This document shows positions 19,753 to 29,899 of a stretch of 64,000 nt of DNA, piece by piece. This stretch comes from an uncultured delta proteobacterium (GTDB lineage Bacteria > Desulfobacterota > Desulfobacteria > Desulfobacterales > JAFDCJ01). The position numbers were made by a program, and so were the translations under genes. The notes under the pieces are model-generated. The model had not been told where the DNA came from and made no database searches. It was given only the letters and a program-made list of their open reading frames with translations. The stretch covers positions 64,001-128,000 of the forward strand of contig CAVYNY010000011.1 of assembly GCA_963769935.1 (NCBI GenBank), read 5' to 3'. The first letter of the stretch is position 1. Each line of letters opens with the position of its first letter.

Positions 19753-21168
19753 ATGGCAACACTGGATGATCTTGCTTTTCTGGATGCTACGGCCCAGGCT
19801 GGACTGGTGCGGACCAAGGAGGTTAAGCCCATCGAACTGGTAGAGGCTGCCATAGAACGCATTGACCATTTGAATCCAACCCTCAATGCGGTCATCTTGC
19901 GCATGTACGATTATGCGCGCGAAGCGGCTGCCGGCGAACTTCAGAACGGGCCTTTTGCCGGGGTGCCTTTTCTGCTGAAAGATATTTTCGCTTTTTTTGC
20001 CGGTCACAGAGTTACCCACGGCTCCAAACTGATGCAAAATTTTGTGCCGGATCACGACAGCGAGCTTGTTGCGCGGCTCAAACGGGCCGGGCTGATTATT
20101 CTGGGTCGAACCAATGTACCGGAGTTCGGCATCCTGCCGACCACCGAGCCCCATTTCTATGGTCCCTGCAAAAATCCCTGGGACTCCTCGCGCACCACGG
20201 GCGGATCCAGCGGAGGCTCGGCGGCGGCCGTTGCAGCGGGCATGGTTCCCATGGCCCATGCCAACGACGGGGGTGGATCCATACGCATTCCGGCCTCATG
20301 CTGCGGCGTTTTCGGGCTAAAACCGACCCGGGCCCGCAATCCTTTGGGCCCTGATTTTGGCGATATCCTCAGCGGAACGATTGTCGAGCATGCCGTTACC
20401 CGCTCCGTTCGTGACAGCGCGGCTTTACTGGATGCTACGGCGGGACCGGACGTGGGCGATCCGTACTGGGCGCCGCCATTGACCCGTCCATTTTTGCAGG
20501 AAGTCGGCCAAGATCCGGGAAAACTTCACATCGCCTATACTACCAAACCGATTAACGATGCTCCGCTGCACACCGATTGTATCCGTGCCATAGAAAACAC
20601 GGCCAAGCTGTGTGCCGACCTCGGGCATGAGGTTGAGGAATCAGCGCCCGCTATTTTTGTGGAACCGTTGGCAAACGCGTTTCTCGTTTTGTATTCAGCC
20701 GGCTGCGCTTTGTCGGTTAAACTCCTCGGAGGCAGCCGGGAACTGGTCGAACCGCTTACCTGGGCCCTGCATGAGATGGGCAATCGGCATAGTTCAACGG
20801 ACTATCTCTTAGCCCTTCAGACGCTGCAGGCGATGAGCCGCCAGGTGGCCCGCTTCTTTCTAAATTATGATATACTGCTGACGCCGACGCTGTCGGAACC
20901 GCCCGTTCCTCTGGGAACTTTTGACTCACCGCCGGATAACCCGCTGGCAGGACTTTATCGTGCAATGGAGTTTGTCGGCATCACACCGCTTTGCAATATC
21001 ACGGGACAGCCGGCCATGTCGGTGCCCTTGTTCCGAAATGATGATAATCTGCCTTTGGGTTCGCATTTTATCGGTCGGTTCGGCGAGGAGGCCACCCTTT
21101 TTCGCCTGGCGGCCCAACTCGAAGCAGCACACCCTTGGGCGGAAAGGCGGCCGCCGGTTTCGGTTTAG
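19753..21168 (+). CDS. Amidase signature family protein
   Basis: [36 protein letters not shown]. Confidence 0.95.
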   Translation: MATLDDLAFLDATAQAGLVRTKEVKPIELVEAAIERIDHLNPTLNAVILRMYDYAREAAAGELQNGPFAGVPFLLKDIFAFFAGHRVTHGSKLMQNFVPDHDSELVARLKRAGLIILGRTNVPEFGILPTTEPHFYGPCKNPWDSSRTTGGSSGGSAAAVAAGMVPMAHANDGGGSIRIPASCCGVFGLKPTRARNPLGPDFGDILSGTIVEHAVTRSVRDSAALLDATAGPDVGDPYWAPPLTRPFLQEVGQDPGKLHIAYTTKPINDAPLHTDCIRAIENTAKLCADLGHEVEESAPAIFVEPLANAFLVLYSAGCALSVKLLGGSRELVEPLTWALHEMGNRHSSTDYLLALQTLQAMSRQVARFFLNYDILLTPTLSEPPVPLGTFDSPPDNPLAGLYRAMEFVGITPLCNITGQPAMSVPLFRNDDNLPLGSHFIGRFGEEATLFRLAAQLEAAHPWAERRPPVSV

Positions 21169-21336
21169 GAAAGGGCGCATTAATTCGTGCTTTGACCCGT
21201 TGGTTGCCGATTGAGCAGGATGAGCTCATAAGCCCCTATATCTACACCTTTTCCCTGTGGCCGCTGACGGCCTTCGATATCTGAAACCAGAAAGTGATTA
21301 GAACATAATATAGGAACCCGCCTATCGAGCCGTCAA

Positions 21337-24192
21337 CTAATCTTTCTGCTCATACTCCAGGGTCACCGTCACGGTCCGGTTGAGGGCCCGGCCTTCCGGC
21401 AGCTCATTGTCAAAAAGAGCATCGCGCGGGCCGATGCCCTCATAGGTGAGATTGTCCCCCGCCGGCACACCGCCGGCCAGAATATAGTCATAGGCCGTTT
21501 TGGCGCGCCGGGTGGATAAATCCAGATTGTAGGCTTCCTGGCCGATGGTGTCCGTATGACCGACAATCCGCACGGTGGCGGTCGGAACCTGCTTGATCCT
21601 GGCGACAATGCGGTCGATAATTTCCTTATTCTGTTCTTTGATGTCGGATCGGTCAAAGTCAAATAAAATCAGCGCATATTTTTCCTGAACCCGGTATCCC
21701 TGCTTCTGGGCCTTACGTTCCTGCCGCTTGATAAATTGAATATTGGCCTCGGCTGCCGCCTGGGCGGTCTGACCCTTGCGGTCTCTGACCTCGACACTGG
21801 CGGTGACTGTGCGGTAAGCACTGATTTTGTGCAGGCCGATGTCGGCCAGGGACAGATGATAGGCCGGTTCGATAGCGTCTCCGCCCTGCCATGATTCTAT
21901 GAGCGCTCCATCGCCGGTCAATTTTAGGGTCCATTTATCGATTTCATATCCTGATATGATTTGGGGCTGGATGAGAAACTGTTCGGCATCGCTGATTTCC
22001 TGCACATAGGTGCTCTTGACGATGTCCAGCAGGGCGGGAGTTTCCGAAGAAATTTCAACCCGCTGATTTTCTTCCCGTCCCTCAATCCGGCTGCTGGTGC
22101 TTGCAACTTCAGGTAAATTGCGCGCTTCGACCTGCATGCGCGATCCCTCGATCCCCCAGATGTATTTCAAATATGCCCGGACCGCCTCCGCCCGGCTGCG
22201 CGAAAGATCGGTTTTGCCCTGTTCATCATCCCGGTTTGAATTGCAGCCGACGATCCGGATGCCGGCCTCCGGATGATCTATCAGACGGCGGCCGATGATA
22301 TTAAGAATGTTGTGGTGCTTTTCCATGGTGTCTTTTAAGTTGCTTTCATCAAAGCTTTGGGCCTCGCTTTGACTTTCAAGAATAGTGTAGCGCGCAGGGA
22401 TTTCACCTTCACCGGTTTTAAAATAGATATAATTTAAAAACGGGGAACTATCGATGGTGGTCAGCTCTTCGATGGTAACCGTGGCCGGTTCCAGAGTTAG
22501 CGAACCGTGGGGCGGGCGCACAATGGCATCGTCCCATTTTTCCATCGAAACCGTTATCGGTATGAGCACTTTTGATGTTTCATAGGTATCGCCCCCCAAA
22601 TCCGTAACCTGGGCCTGGACGCCGAGGGCGCCGAATTTGGACAGCCGGGCCTTGTCCAGCTCCTGCAGGGAATACATCTGAGCCGGTGTGATATCCCCCC
22701 GGCCGGTCAGATTCTTGAGAGGCTGATCATCGCCGAATACGGTCAGCTGCCAATCAGCGAAACCGGCGGCGGCAAAAAGGTTGGTTTTGATCTTGAGTTC
22801 GCGCCGGCCGCTTGTTTCGACGATAAAATCGCCCGGCGCCTCTGTTTGCATGCGGGCCGAGTCATACAATATTTCCACCCGTTGATTTTCCGGCCGGGCG
22901 CCCACCAGGTCCATGGGGGTCGCATCGGCAGGCAGATTGCGGGCCTCAAGGTCCAGGCGTGAGCCTGCAACACCCCAGATTTCCTGCAGGTACGCCTTGA
23001 CGGACTCGGCTCTGCGCCGGGAAAGATCAAGATTATCCTTTTCGATACCGCTGTCTGAATTGCAGCCGACAACTTTAATGCGGGCGGCTGAATTCCGGCT
23101 GAGATTTTGTCCGACGAGGTTTAAGATATTCAAATACCGGTCCCGGGCGGTGGTCAGAGAATTTTCATCAAAGGAAACCGCATCGGCCGGATCTTTGAGC
23201 AGAACATACTCCGGCGGGATATCGCCCTGGCCGGTTTCAAAAAAGATGAAGTTGGATATGGGTCGGCCGTCAACCATGGTCAGAATGTCAAAATTAAGCT
23301 CAGTCGGTTCAGCGATCAGCGGGTCCTGAATACGGTAGGCCACAACGTACCGATAACGCAGGGCGGTGGTAAATGCTTGAAAAATGGGCAGCAGTTCGGA
23401 GGCGGAAGTCGCTTTCCAGACACGTCCGGTGTGGTTTTTGGCAAACGATGCCAGAAAACGGTCTAATTTGGCCCCCGGCATGTAATCCACGCAGTAGGCC
23501 TCGAAATTTTTAAGCTCCTGGGCCTGTTCCTCGAGGGTGGCGTTGGCAACTTTGCTGTTGAGATCCTCGCCATCCGAGAAAACCACCATGAATTTATTCT
23601 CTTTAGCGGGCATCCGGCGTACGATATCGATTCCGGCTGCCATTGCCTCGTACAGGTAGGTTTTGCCCGTTGATCGGTCGTCCAGGGACTCGCTTAAAAA
23701 ACTGCGAAGCTGCGAGGCGTCGCTGGAATTAAATGTCCGGGCATGCAAGCCTTTCTGCCTGAGTGGCATGGCGGGGTGCTCGTCAAAGACCACCAGGTGG
23801 ATATTGTCGATGGGGCGTACGGTCTTGAAAAATTCATCCATGGCCGAAAGCAGAGGGGCGACCGCGTGGCGTTCTTTCATGGAAAAGGAGTTGTCCACAA
23901 CCAGCACCACGTTTAAAGCGATTTGTTCGGTTGTTTCCAGGGGCGCGGCGGAAAGTATTTCAGCCCGCTGAATCCCCTTTCCCACAATGAAATCTTCCGG
24001 AGTTAATCCCCGGATGGGTTCCTCGTCGGGACCCAGGACCGATACCAGCAGTTTGCCGTCATCGATAACCTGGTAATTCAAACCGGCCTTCTGCCCGCGC
24101 ACCATAACCTTGATATCTTCGTCGGCAAAACTATTTCCGGGAATAATGCCATACAAAAGCAACATCAGCGAAAACAGTAAAAATTTTTTCAT
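21337..24192 (-). CDS. Secreted vWA-domain protein with three OmpA-like domains
   Basis: GGAGG RBS, ATG 24192, signal peptide; MIDAS DNSFS...SDG; three F...G(CNS/HTD)...LS..RA..V/NxxV units. Confidence 0.85.
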   Translation of the reverse strand: MKKFLLFSLMLLLYGIIPGNSFADEDIKVMVRGQKAGLNYQVIDDGKLLVSVLGPDEEPIRGLTPEDFIVGKGIQRAEILSAAPLETTEQIALNVVLVVDNSFSMKERHAVAPLLSAMDEFFKTVRPIDNIHLVVFDEHPAMPLRQKGLHARTFNSSDASQLRSFLSESLDDRSTGKTYLYEAMAAGIDIVRRMPAKENKFMVVFSDGEDLNSKVANATLEEQAQELKNFEAYCVDYMPGAKLDRFLASFAKNHTGRVWKATSASELLPIFQAFTTALRYRYVVAYRIQDPLIAEPTELNFDILTMVDGRPISNFIFFETGQGDIPPEYVLLKDPADAVSFDENSLTTARDRYLNILNLVGQNLSRNSAARIKVVGCNSDSGIEKDNLDLSRRRAESVKAYLQEIWGVAGSRLDLEARNLPADATPMDLVGARPENQRVEILYDSARMQTEAPGDFIVETSGRRELKIKTNLFAAAGFADWQLTVFGDDQPLKNLTGRGDITPAQMYSLQELDKARLSKFGALGVQAQVTDLGGDTYETSKVLIPITVSMEKWDDAIVRPPHGSLTLEPATVTIEELTTIDSSPFLNYIYFKTGEGEIPARYTILESQSEAQSFDESNLKDTMEKHHNILNIIGRRLIDHPEAGIRIVGCNSNRDDEQGKTDLSRSRAEAVRAYLKYIWGIEGSRMQVEARNLPEVASTSSRIEGREENQRVEISSETPALLDIVKSTYVQEISDAEQFLIQPQIISGYEIDKWTLKLTGDGALIESWQGGDAIEPAYHLSLADIGLHKISAYRTVTASVEVRDRKGQTAQAAAEANIQFIKRQERKAQKQGYRVQEKYALILFDFDRSDIKEQNKEIIDRIVARIKQVPTATVRIVGHTDTIGQEAYNLDLSTRRAKTAYDYILAGGVPAGDNLTYEGIGPRDALFDNELPEGRALNRTVTVTLEYEQKD

Positions 24193-24474
24193 CCCTGTTC
24201 CTCCATCAACTGATTTTAGCAATATAAAATAAAACCTTATATTAGGAGCAAAAAGCGTTCCATAAATTAGAAACCGGATTTGCCTGCCGGTAAATCCGGA
24301 CCTCGGTTTAAATTTGCGGTCCAATCGCCGGCAGTGCTATGATAAATGTTCACAAAATGATACGGCCCTATATACAAAAGCACAATGTCCTGCACGCTTG
24401 CAGGGGATCCATAATTTTGATCAAATTATTATAACAATTTGAAATTTATTACAATATGTTATTTTTTGACGATT

Positions 24475-24490
24475 TGGAATGCTTCTTGCT
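24475..24490 (+). promoter_or_regulatory. Putative sigma54 promoter
   Basis: TGGAATG-CTTC-TTGCT has the exact GG(-24)/GC(-12) spacing; AT-rich upstream tract. Confidence 0.6.
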
Positions 24491-24501
24491 CTACTTAAGC
24501 A

Positions 24502-24596
24502 CAAATCATCGATTTAAGAATACAATCGATATCCCCCCCACCCCCTTAATCCCTCTCAGGGGGAGGAACTGACCTTCCTCCCCCTAATCTTTTTCA
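24502..24596 (+). ncRNA. Candidate C-rich small RNA
   Basis: Follows the sigma54 motif; ATCGATT/AATCGAT hairpin, C-rich tract, terminal hairpin AGGGGGAGGAA/TTCCTCCCCCT followed by AATCTTTTT. Confidence 0.5.
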
Positions 24597-24604
24597 ATAA
24601 AAAT

Positions 24605-25288
24605 ATGAGCTATCTATCAACTTTTGATATCGACAATACTTTAATTCGAAGCTCAGCCGGTCACGAGCAAGCCATGATTGCGGCCATAAGGGCAATTTAT
24701 GGCCTGGAAACCAGTATTGATGTCATCAATCCTCACGGCATGACGGACCAGGAAATCATTATCCGAATCCTGGCCAAATATGATGTCGACCCGGAAATCG
24801 TGCACGCCGGTCTGAATAAATGCATGGAGTATATGCAGCTGCAGTATGCCCGCACCGTCAAATCGGAAAATATTTATATGTTGGGCGGTGTGATCGATTT
24901 AATGAACAAACTCGACCAAAATGGCTTCTTACTCGGCCTGGTCACCGGAAATCTTCAAAAAATTGCCCGGGCAAAATTGGAAAAGATCGGAATCAATCAT
25001 TTCTTTAAATTCGGCGGATTCGGTTCGGATCACATCAACCGGGCCAAACTGGTTAAAATCGCTATTAAACGGGCGGAAAAACAATTCGGCCTTGATGCCG
25101 GCCGACTGCTATTTCATTTTGGAGATGCGCCGCAGGACATGCGAGCCGCACGGGAAGCCGGGGTGATTCCCATCGGTGTGGCGACAGGCATATTTTCGGC
25201 TGAAGAATTAGACGCCGCGGGTGCTGGCAAAGTTTTTCCGCATTTAAAAGATACGGATGCTATATTAAGATTTTTGCTAAACGCTTAA
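24605..25288 (+). CDS. HAD superfamily hydrolase (phosphoglycolate phosphatase-like)
   Basis: FDIDNTL, GMTD, LVTGN, GD.P.D motifs. Confidence 0.9.
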   Translation: MSYLSTFDIDNTLIRSSAGHEQAMIAAIRAIYGLETSIDVINPHGMTDQEIIIRILAKYDVDPEIVHAGLNKCMEYMQLQYARTVKSENIYMLGGVIDLMNKLDQNGFLLGLVTGNLQKIARAKLEKIGINHFFKFGGFGSDHINRAKLVKIAIKRAEKQFGLDAGRLLFHFGDAPQDMRAAREAGVIPIGVATGIFSAEELDAAGAGKVFPHLKDTDAILRFLLNA

Positions 25289-25497
25289 CTGCATGATATG
25301 GAAAGTTTGTGGTCGATGCTGATGAGTGCTTTGATATCAAAGGTTTCAGGTGTCAGTGGCCAGGTGTCAGCAATAAAAAATCGAACAATAATTTCAAATT
25401 CTGATCAAATGGCCGTATGTCAAATCGGCTGTGCCAAGGTGACCATTTCTTACAGGGGTGGTCTTTCAGGATGTCTATATGCTTGAGGAGATTTGTT

Positions 25498-26436
25498 ATG
25501 CGGATTGCAGTTATTGGTGTCGGTGCGGTCGGCGGCTATTTTGGTGCGCGATTGGCCCAGGCCGGTGAGAACGTCATATTTGTCGCACGAGGCGATACCT
25601 TGCAGGTTTTGCGCTCGCAAGGCCTGCGTTTGGACAGTGTGCGCGGTGATCTCCGGCTGTCACCGGTGAATGTCGCCGATGATGCATCCCAAATCGGGGT
25701 GGTGGACGTCGTCCTGGTGGCCGTAAAAACCTGGCAGGTGTCGGAAGCTGCCCGAGCCATAGTTCCGCTGGTGGGAAAAAGTACAATTGTGCTGCCGCTG
25801 CAAAACGGAGTTGAAGCGGCGGCCCAACTGGCTGAGATCCTGGGGGCCGAGCATGTTTGCTGCGGCCTGGCAAAAATCTTCAGCTTGCTTGCCGGACCGG
25901 GACACATCCGGCATGTCGGCATCGACCCGTATATTGCCCTCGGTGAATGCGACAACCGGCAAACGGAGCGGCTCCAAAAACTCCAGCAGATCCTGCAACA
26001 TGCCGGCATCAAAGTTGAAATTCCACCTGATATCACGGCCGCGCTCTGGGAGAAATTTTTATTTGTCGCATCATGGGGCGGGATCGGTGCGGTCAGCCGG
26101 GCACCTATCGGAGTGATCCGCACTTTGCCGCACACACGCCGTCTGCTGGAACAGGCCATGCACGAAATTTTCAATGTTGCCCGGGCCCGAAACGTTGATT
26201 TGCAGAAAGATATCGTTGCCAGATCGATGCAGTTTATCGATTCTCTGCCGCCGGCCGGCACGACCTCAATGCAGCGGGATATCGCCGAAGGCCGGCCTTC
26301 GGAAATTGATGCCTGGAATGGGGCGGTGGTGCGGTTCGGCGATGAAGCCGGCGTCGATGTTGTGCTTCACAAATTTATTTATGACTGTTTGCGGCCCCTT
26401 GAGCTTGCTGCCCGTGGAGAAGTTTCGTTTTCATGA
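25498..26436 (+). CDS. panE: 2-dehydropantoate 2-reductase (ApbA/PanE family)
   Basis: GVGAVGG, VAVK, LQNG, WEKF, TSMQRD..GRPSEID..NG; GAGGAG RBS before ATG 25498. Confidence 0.92.
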   Translation: MRIAVIGVGAVGGYFGARLAQAGENVIFVARGDTLQVLRSQGLRLDSVRGDLRLSPVNVADDASQIGVVDVVLVAVKTWQVSEAARAIVPLVGKSTIVLPLQNGVEAAAQLAEILGAEHVCCGLAKIFSLLAGPGHIRHVGIDPYIALGECDNRQTERLQKLQQILQHAGIKVEIPPDITAALWEKFLFVASWGGIGAVSRAPIGVIRTLPHTRRLLEQAMHEIFNVARARNVDLQKDIVARSMQFIDSLPPAGTTSMQRDIAEGRPSEIDAWNGAVVRFGDEAGVDVVLHKFIYDCLRPLELAARGEVSFS

Positions 26437-26467
26437 GCGCAAGCGGTCTCCTTTCTTTTTTTCGCTG

Positions 26468-26704
26468 TTACGCTCTGTCCGGATTCTTTAGTTGCCGGTA
26501 GACGCTGATCATGCGGTAAGCGAAACCAATAATCAGGGCGGCACTGATCAGGATAATTAAGTTTGAGGCAAAAAACGCCATCAGAAATGTAGGCGGTTCT
26601 TTGAGCTCGTATGCAAAGATGAGCAACTCGATGCCGTAATAAAGAAAAAAAGCGCAGAACAAAGTAAACGCTATCTGCCGTGTCCACCAGAAAATGCCAG
26701 ACAT
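26468..26704 (-). CDS. Small two-TM membrane protein
   Basis: Two hydrophobic helices; GAGG upstream of the ATG. Confidence 0.7.
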   Translation of the reverse strand: MSGIFWWTRQIAFTLFCAFFLYYGIELLIFAYELKEPPTFLMAFFASNLIILISAALIIGFAYRMISVYRQLKNPDRA

Positions 26705-26893
26705 AAAAGCCTCTTGGGAGCCGAATTTATTATCTTATCGACTGAAGCTAACACGAATCTCCCACGTGTCAATTATAAAAATGCTAAATGCCTATTTGAA
26801 GAATTTTCAGGATTGGCTATTGAACTATTAAGTTTCTCCACTATAGCCTTAATAAATATAGATAGAATAGCTCAAATTTTCAATCTTCAATTT

Positions 26894-28156
26894 TTATTTT
26901 AAGAGCGCCAGACTCAGCCACGGCAGGTAGGTGATGATGGCCAGGGCGAGCAGCAGGATGGCGATGAAGGGCAGTGAAGCGACGTAAAGGCGCAGCACCG
27001 GCCTTTCAAACCGCATGCTGGCAATGAATAGGTTAATGCCCAGAGGCGGAATGGAGGCGCCGATTTCCAAATTGGCCAGAAATATGATTCCCAGATGTAC
27101 GGGGTTGATGCCATAGGCCTGGGCAATCGGCGTGAGAAGGGGGACAACCACCACCAGGGCCGAAAATATCCCCATGGTGCATCCAACAGCCAGAAGAAAG
27201 ATATTGAGCACCACCAGGAAAAGAAGGCGGCTTTCGATGTGAGCTTTGAAAAAATCCAGCAGCCGCATGGGAATTTCGGCATCGATCAAATAATTGGTAA
27301 GGCCCATGGCGGCACCCAGGATGATCAGCACCCCCCCTACCAGAACCATGCTTTTTTTCATGATTTCGGGCAGATCCTGCCAACGGACATCCCGGTTAAT
27401 GACCACCTCCACCAATAGTACATAAACTGCCGTAATGGCGGCGGCCTCGCTGACGGCAAAGTAGCCGCTGTAAATTCCTCCTAAAACAACAACCGGCAGG
27501 GGAAGTTCCCATACTGCGTCTCTGACGGCCTTGATGAGTTCATTGAACTGAAATTTAGTTTTGGGAACATCCTCCCTGACCGATTTAGAGATACAAAAAA
27601 ACGCGAGCAGGACAACCAGCAACACCCCGGGCAGGATCCCGGCGACAAAAAGTTGGTCGATTCTGACCTTGGCCACGATGGCATACACAATCAGCGGCAG
27701 GCTCGGGGGAAAAAGGAGGCCCAGGGTCCCGGAGGTGGTGAGCAAGCCCAGGGAAAACCGCTCCGAATATCGCGCTTGCGTCATAGCCGGCAGCAAAATT
27801 CCTCCCAGAGCGATAATGGTAAGTCCGGTGGCGCCGGTCAGAGCGGTGAAAATCGCACAGGTTACCAGGGCGATGATCGACAGGCCGCCGGGCAGCCGGC
27901 CCAAAAGTGCGTTTGACAACCGGATGAGCCGTCGCGGTGCCCCGCTTTCAGAGAGCAGATACCCGGCAAATGTAAATAGCGGTATAGCCACCAGCACCGG
28001 TGTGGTCGCCATGCGATGCATTTCGATAATGATGGCGGAAATGTCGATCTGGCTGGAGAAAAACAGATAAAGCGTCAGGCCGGCGATGACCACAAAGATA
28101 GGGACTCCGATCAGCAAAAGAACGACAAAAAACAGAACGATCAACAATGTGGTCAT
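26894..28156 (-). CDS. dctM: TRAP transporter large permease
   Basis: AIPLFTFAG, GTLGLLFPPS, PVHLGII, PPLGINLF. Confidence 0.95.
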   Translation of the reverse strand: MTTLLIVLFFVVLLLIGVPIFVVIAGLTLYLFFSSQIDISAIIIEMHRMATTPVLVAIPLFTFAGYLLSESGAPRRLIRLSNALLGRLPGGLSIIALVTCAIFTALTGATGLTIIALGGILLPAMTQARYSERFSLGLLTTSGTLGLLFPPSLPLIVYAIVAKVRIDQLFVAGILPGVLLVVLLAFFCISKSVREDVPKTKFQFNELIKAVRDAVWELPLPVVVLGGIYSGYFAVSEAAAITAVYVLLVEVVINRDVRWQDLPEIMKKSMVLVGGVLIILGAAMGLTNYLIDAEIPMRLLDFFKAHIESRLLFLVVLNIFLLAVGCTMGIFSALVVVVPLLTPIAQAYGINPVHLGIIFLANLEIGASIPPLGINLFIASMRFERPVLRLYVASLPFIAILLLALAIITYLPWLSLALLK

Positions 28157-28173
28157 AATCGTTTAAGCTGGTG

Positions 28174-28653
28174 TCATTTTTGGGTTCTCCGCTCCCTCAA
28201 CAGGCAAAGCGCATACCGCAGGGTCATTATTCCAAAGGTTACGGGTATAATCAGCTCGGGCATCCATACCGGAAGTCCCATAAAAGCGGTGGTTCCCATC
28301 TGGGCTTCAAACATAGTGAATTTTATGCCGGCCCAGGTCAACAAGCCGCAGACAACGGCGGAAATAAGATGCGAGATTGACTGGATGATACGGCTACCCG
28401 CTCCGCTGATCCAGCGTGAGAGGATATCCATTGTGATGTGTTTGTCTTCTCTGACGGCAAGGGCCGCACCGATAAATCCGACCCAGACCACCAGGTAGCG
28501 GACGAGTGAATCGCTCCAGTCGATTCCGGTGGCAAAAAAGTTGCGGAGCACGATTTGCAGGAAAGCCAGCAGGATCATCACCGTCAGCAACGCGGCAATC
28601 AGTACCTTTTCCACCCGGCTGATTTTTTCATCCAAAAGATACAAGAAATTCAA
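28174..28653 (-). CDS. dctQ: TRAP transporter small permease
   Basis: Four TM helices; W...LVRY..VW..FIGA..A....HITMD; TTG start. Confidence 0.9.
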   Translation of the reverse strand: MNFLYLLDEKISRVEKVLIAALLTVMILLAFLQIVLRNFFATGIDWSDSLVRYLVVWVGFIGAALAVREDKHITMDILSRWISGAGSRIIQSISHLISAVVCGLLTWAGIKFTMFEAQMGTTAFMGLPVWMPELIIPVTFGIMTLRYALCLLRERRTQK

Positions 28654-28672
28654 GACATACCCCGCGCCTTAT

Positions 28673-28802
28673 AATTGAATATTGAAGATTGCAGATTGAA
28701 TATTTGAGGATTGCTGTCGTTTTTAGCCCTTTACCAGGCAGGTTAAAAAATTAAAAAGATAGAATTCCATAAATATTCAATTATCAATATACAATATTCA
28801 AT
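28673..28802. repeat. Heptamer-periodic inverted-repeat element between dctP and dctQ
   Basis: AATTGAATATTGAAGATTGCAGATTGAATATTT ... AAATATTCAATTATCAATATACAATATTCAATT. Confidence 0.75.
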
Positions 28803-29820
28803 TCTTTTGCTTCCGATATTCCTGCAAATAGGCAATAACTTCATCCCTTACTTTTTCCGAGAAGCTTTTCCCGGTCTGACTATTCATGGCTTTTTGGGCC
28901 ACCAGTTTAAATTCTTCGATTTGATCCGCAGATGGCCGGATGATTTTGACGCCGTGTTTGACCATTACCTGGATAGCGTCCTGATTTTCTTTGCGGATCG
29001 CAAGCTTTAACTGATCCATATATTTTGGACACAGTTCCAGGAACACCTGCTGGTGCGCAGGAGACAATTTTTCAAACGCACTTTTTTTCAGCAGGATGCC
29101 GCCGACCAGATAAAGCAAAGGCACATCGGTCATGTATTTGGTCTTGGTGAACCACTGCAAAGCAATCGCTCCGGTCGGCGGAGCGTACACTACATCCACC
29201 AGGCCGGTTTGCAGACCCACCAGAACATCGGGCAACGAAAGCGGTATCGCAGAAATCCCCGCCGCATCAAAAATGGCCTTGGCCATCGGGGCATCCTCCC
29301 ATGTCCAGACCTTTGCTTTTCTGAGATCATCCAAAGAGGCGATGGGAACAGTTGACATCAACCGCACAAACCCGCCTTCGGACCAGGCCGCTAGAATATA
29401 GCCTTTGTCGGCAAAACCCTTTTTGAAAAAAGCGTCCATTTTGCCCAAAACAAAATCGACCTCATCGTAGGATTTAAAAAAAAACGGGATTTGAAATACG
29501 TCCATCTCGCTGAATATGCCTGACAGTCCCGCGGAAGTCAGCGCTGCTCCCTGAATCTGGCCAATATACAGTTTGCGGACCATATCATTTTCATCCCCTA
29601 AAACCCCCCCGGGATAGATCCGCAACTGCACCTCGTTGTCGGTCTTTTTTTTCAATTCGGCATTCAAGTCTTCGAATGTTTGCATCCAGACGCTTCCCTC
29701 AGGCGCCAGGGTGGCAATCTTTAATATGGTGGCGGCTGAAACCGCACTGTTTGGTGAAACCAAAAGAAGCACTGCCAGGAAACCAACCCCAAGCGCTTTT
29801 ATCACGTTCGGTCTGCTCAT
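28798..29820 (-). CDS. dctP: TRAP substrate-binding protein (TatP/DctP type)
   Basis: KIATLAPEGSVW, YPGGVLGDE, LQTGLVD; signal peptide. Confidence 0.93.
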   Translation of the reverse strand: MSRPNVIKALGVGFLAVLLLVSPNSAVSAATILKIATLAPEGSVWMQTFEDLNAELKKKTDNEVQLRIYPGGVLGDENDMVRKLYIGQIQGAALTSAGLSGIFSEMDVFQIPFFFKSYDEVDFVLGKMDAFFKKGFADKGYILAAWSEGGFVRLMSTVPIASLDDLRKAKVWTWEDAPMAKAIFDAAGISAIPLSLPDVLVGLQTGLVDVVYAPPTGAIALQWFTKTKYMTDVPLLYLVGGILLKKSAFEKLSPAHQQVFLELCPKYMDQLKLAIRKENQDAIQVMVKHGVKIIRPSADQIEEFKLVAQKAMNSQTGKSFSEKVRDEVIAYLQEYRKQKN

Positions 29821-29899
29821 CTGGAATTCTCCTGATTAATCCGCCCTTAAAAATATCATATCCAAGGCTTTATACGGTTGTTTGTAAGTGGACTGAGAA

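Noticed and set aside
24193..24324. Upstream TTG extension of the vWA-OmpA ORF
   Set aside because: RBS and signal peptide point to ATG 24192.
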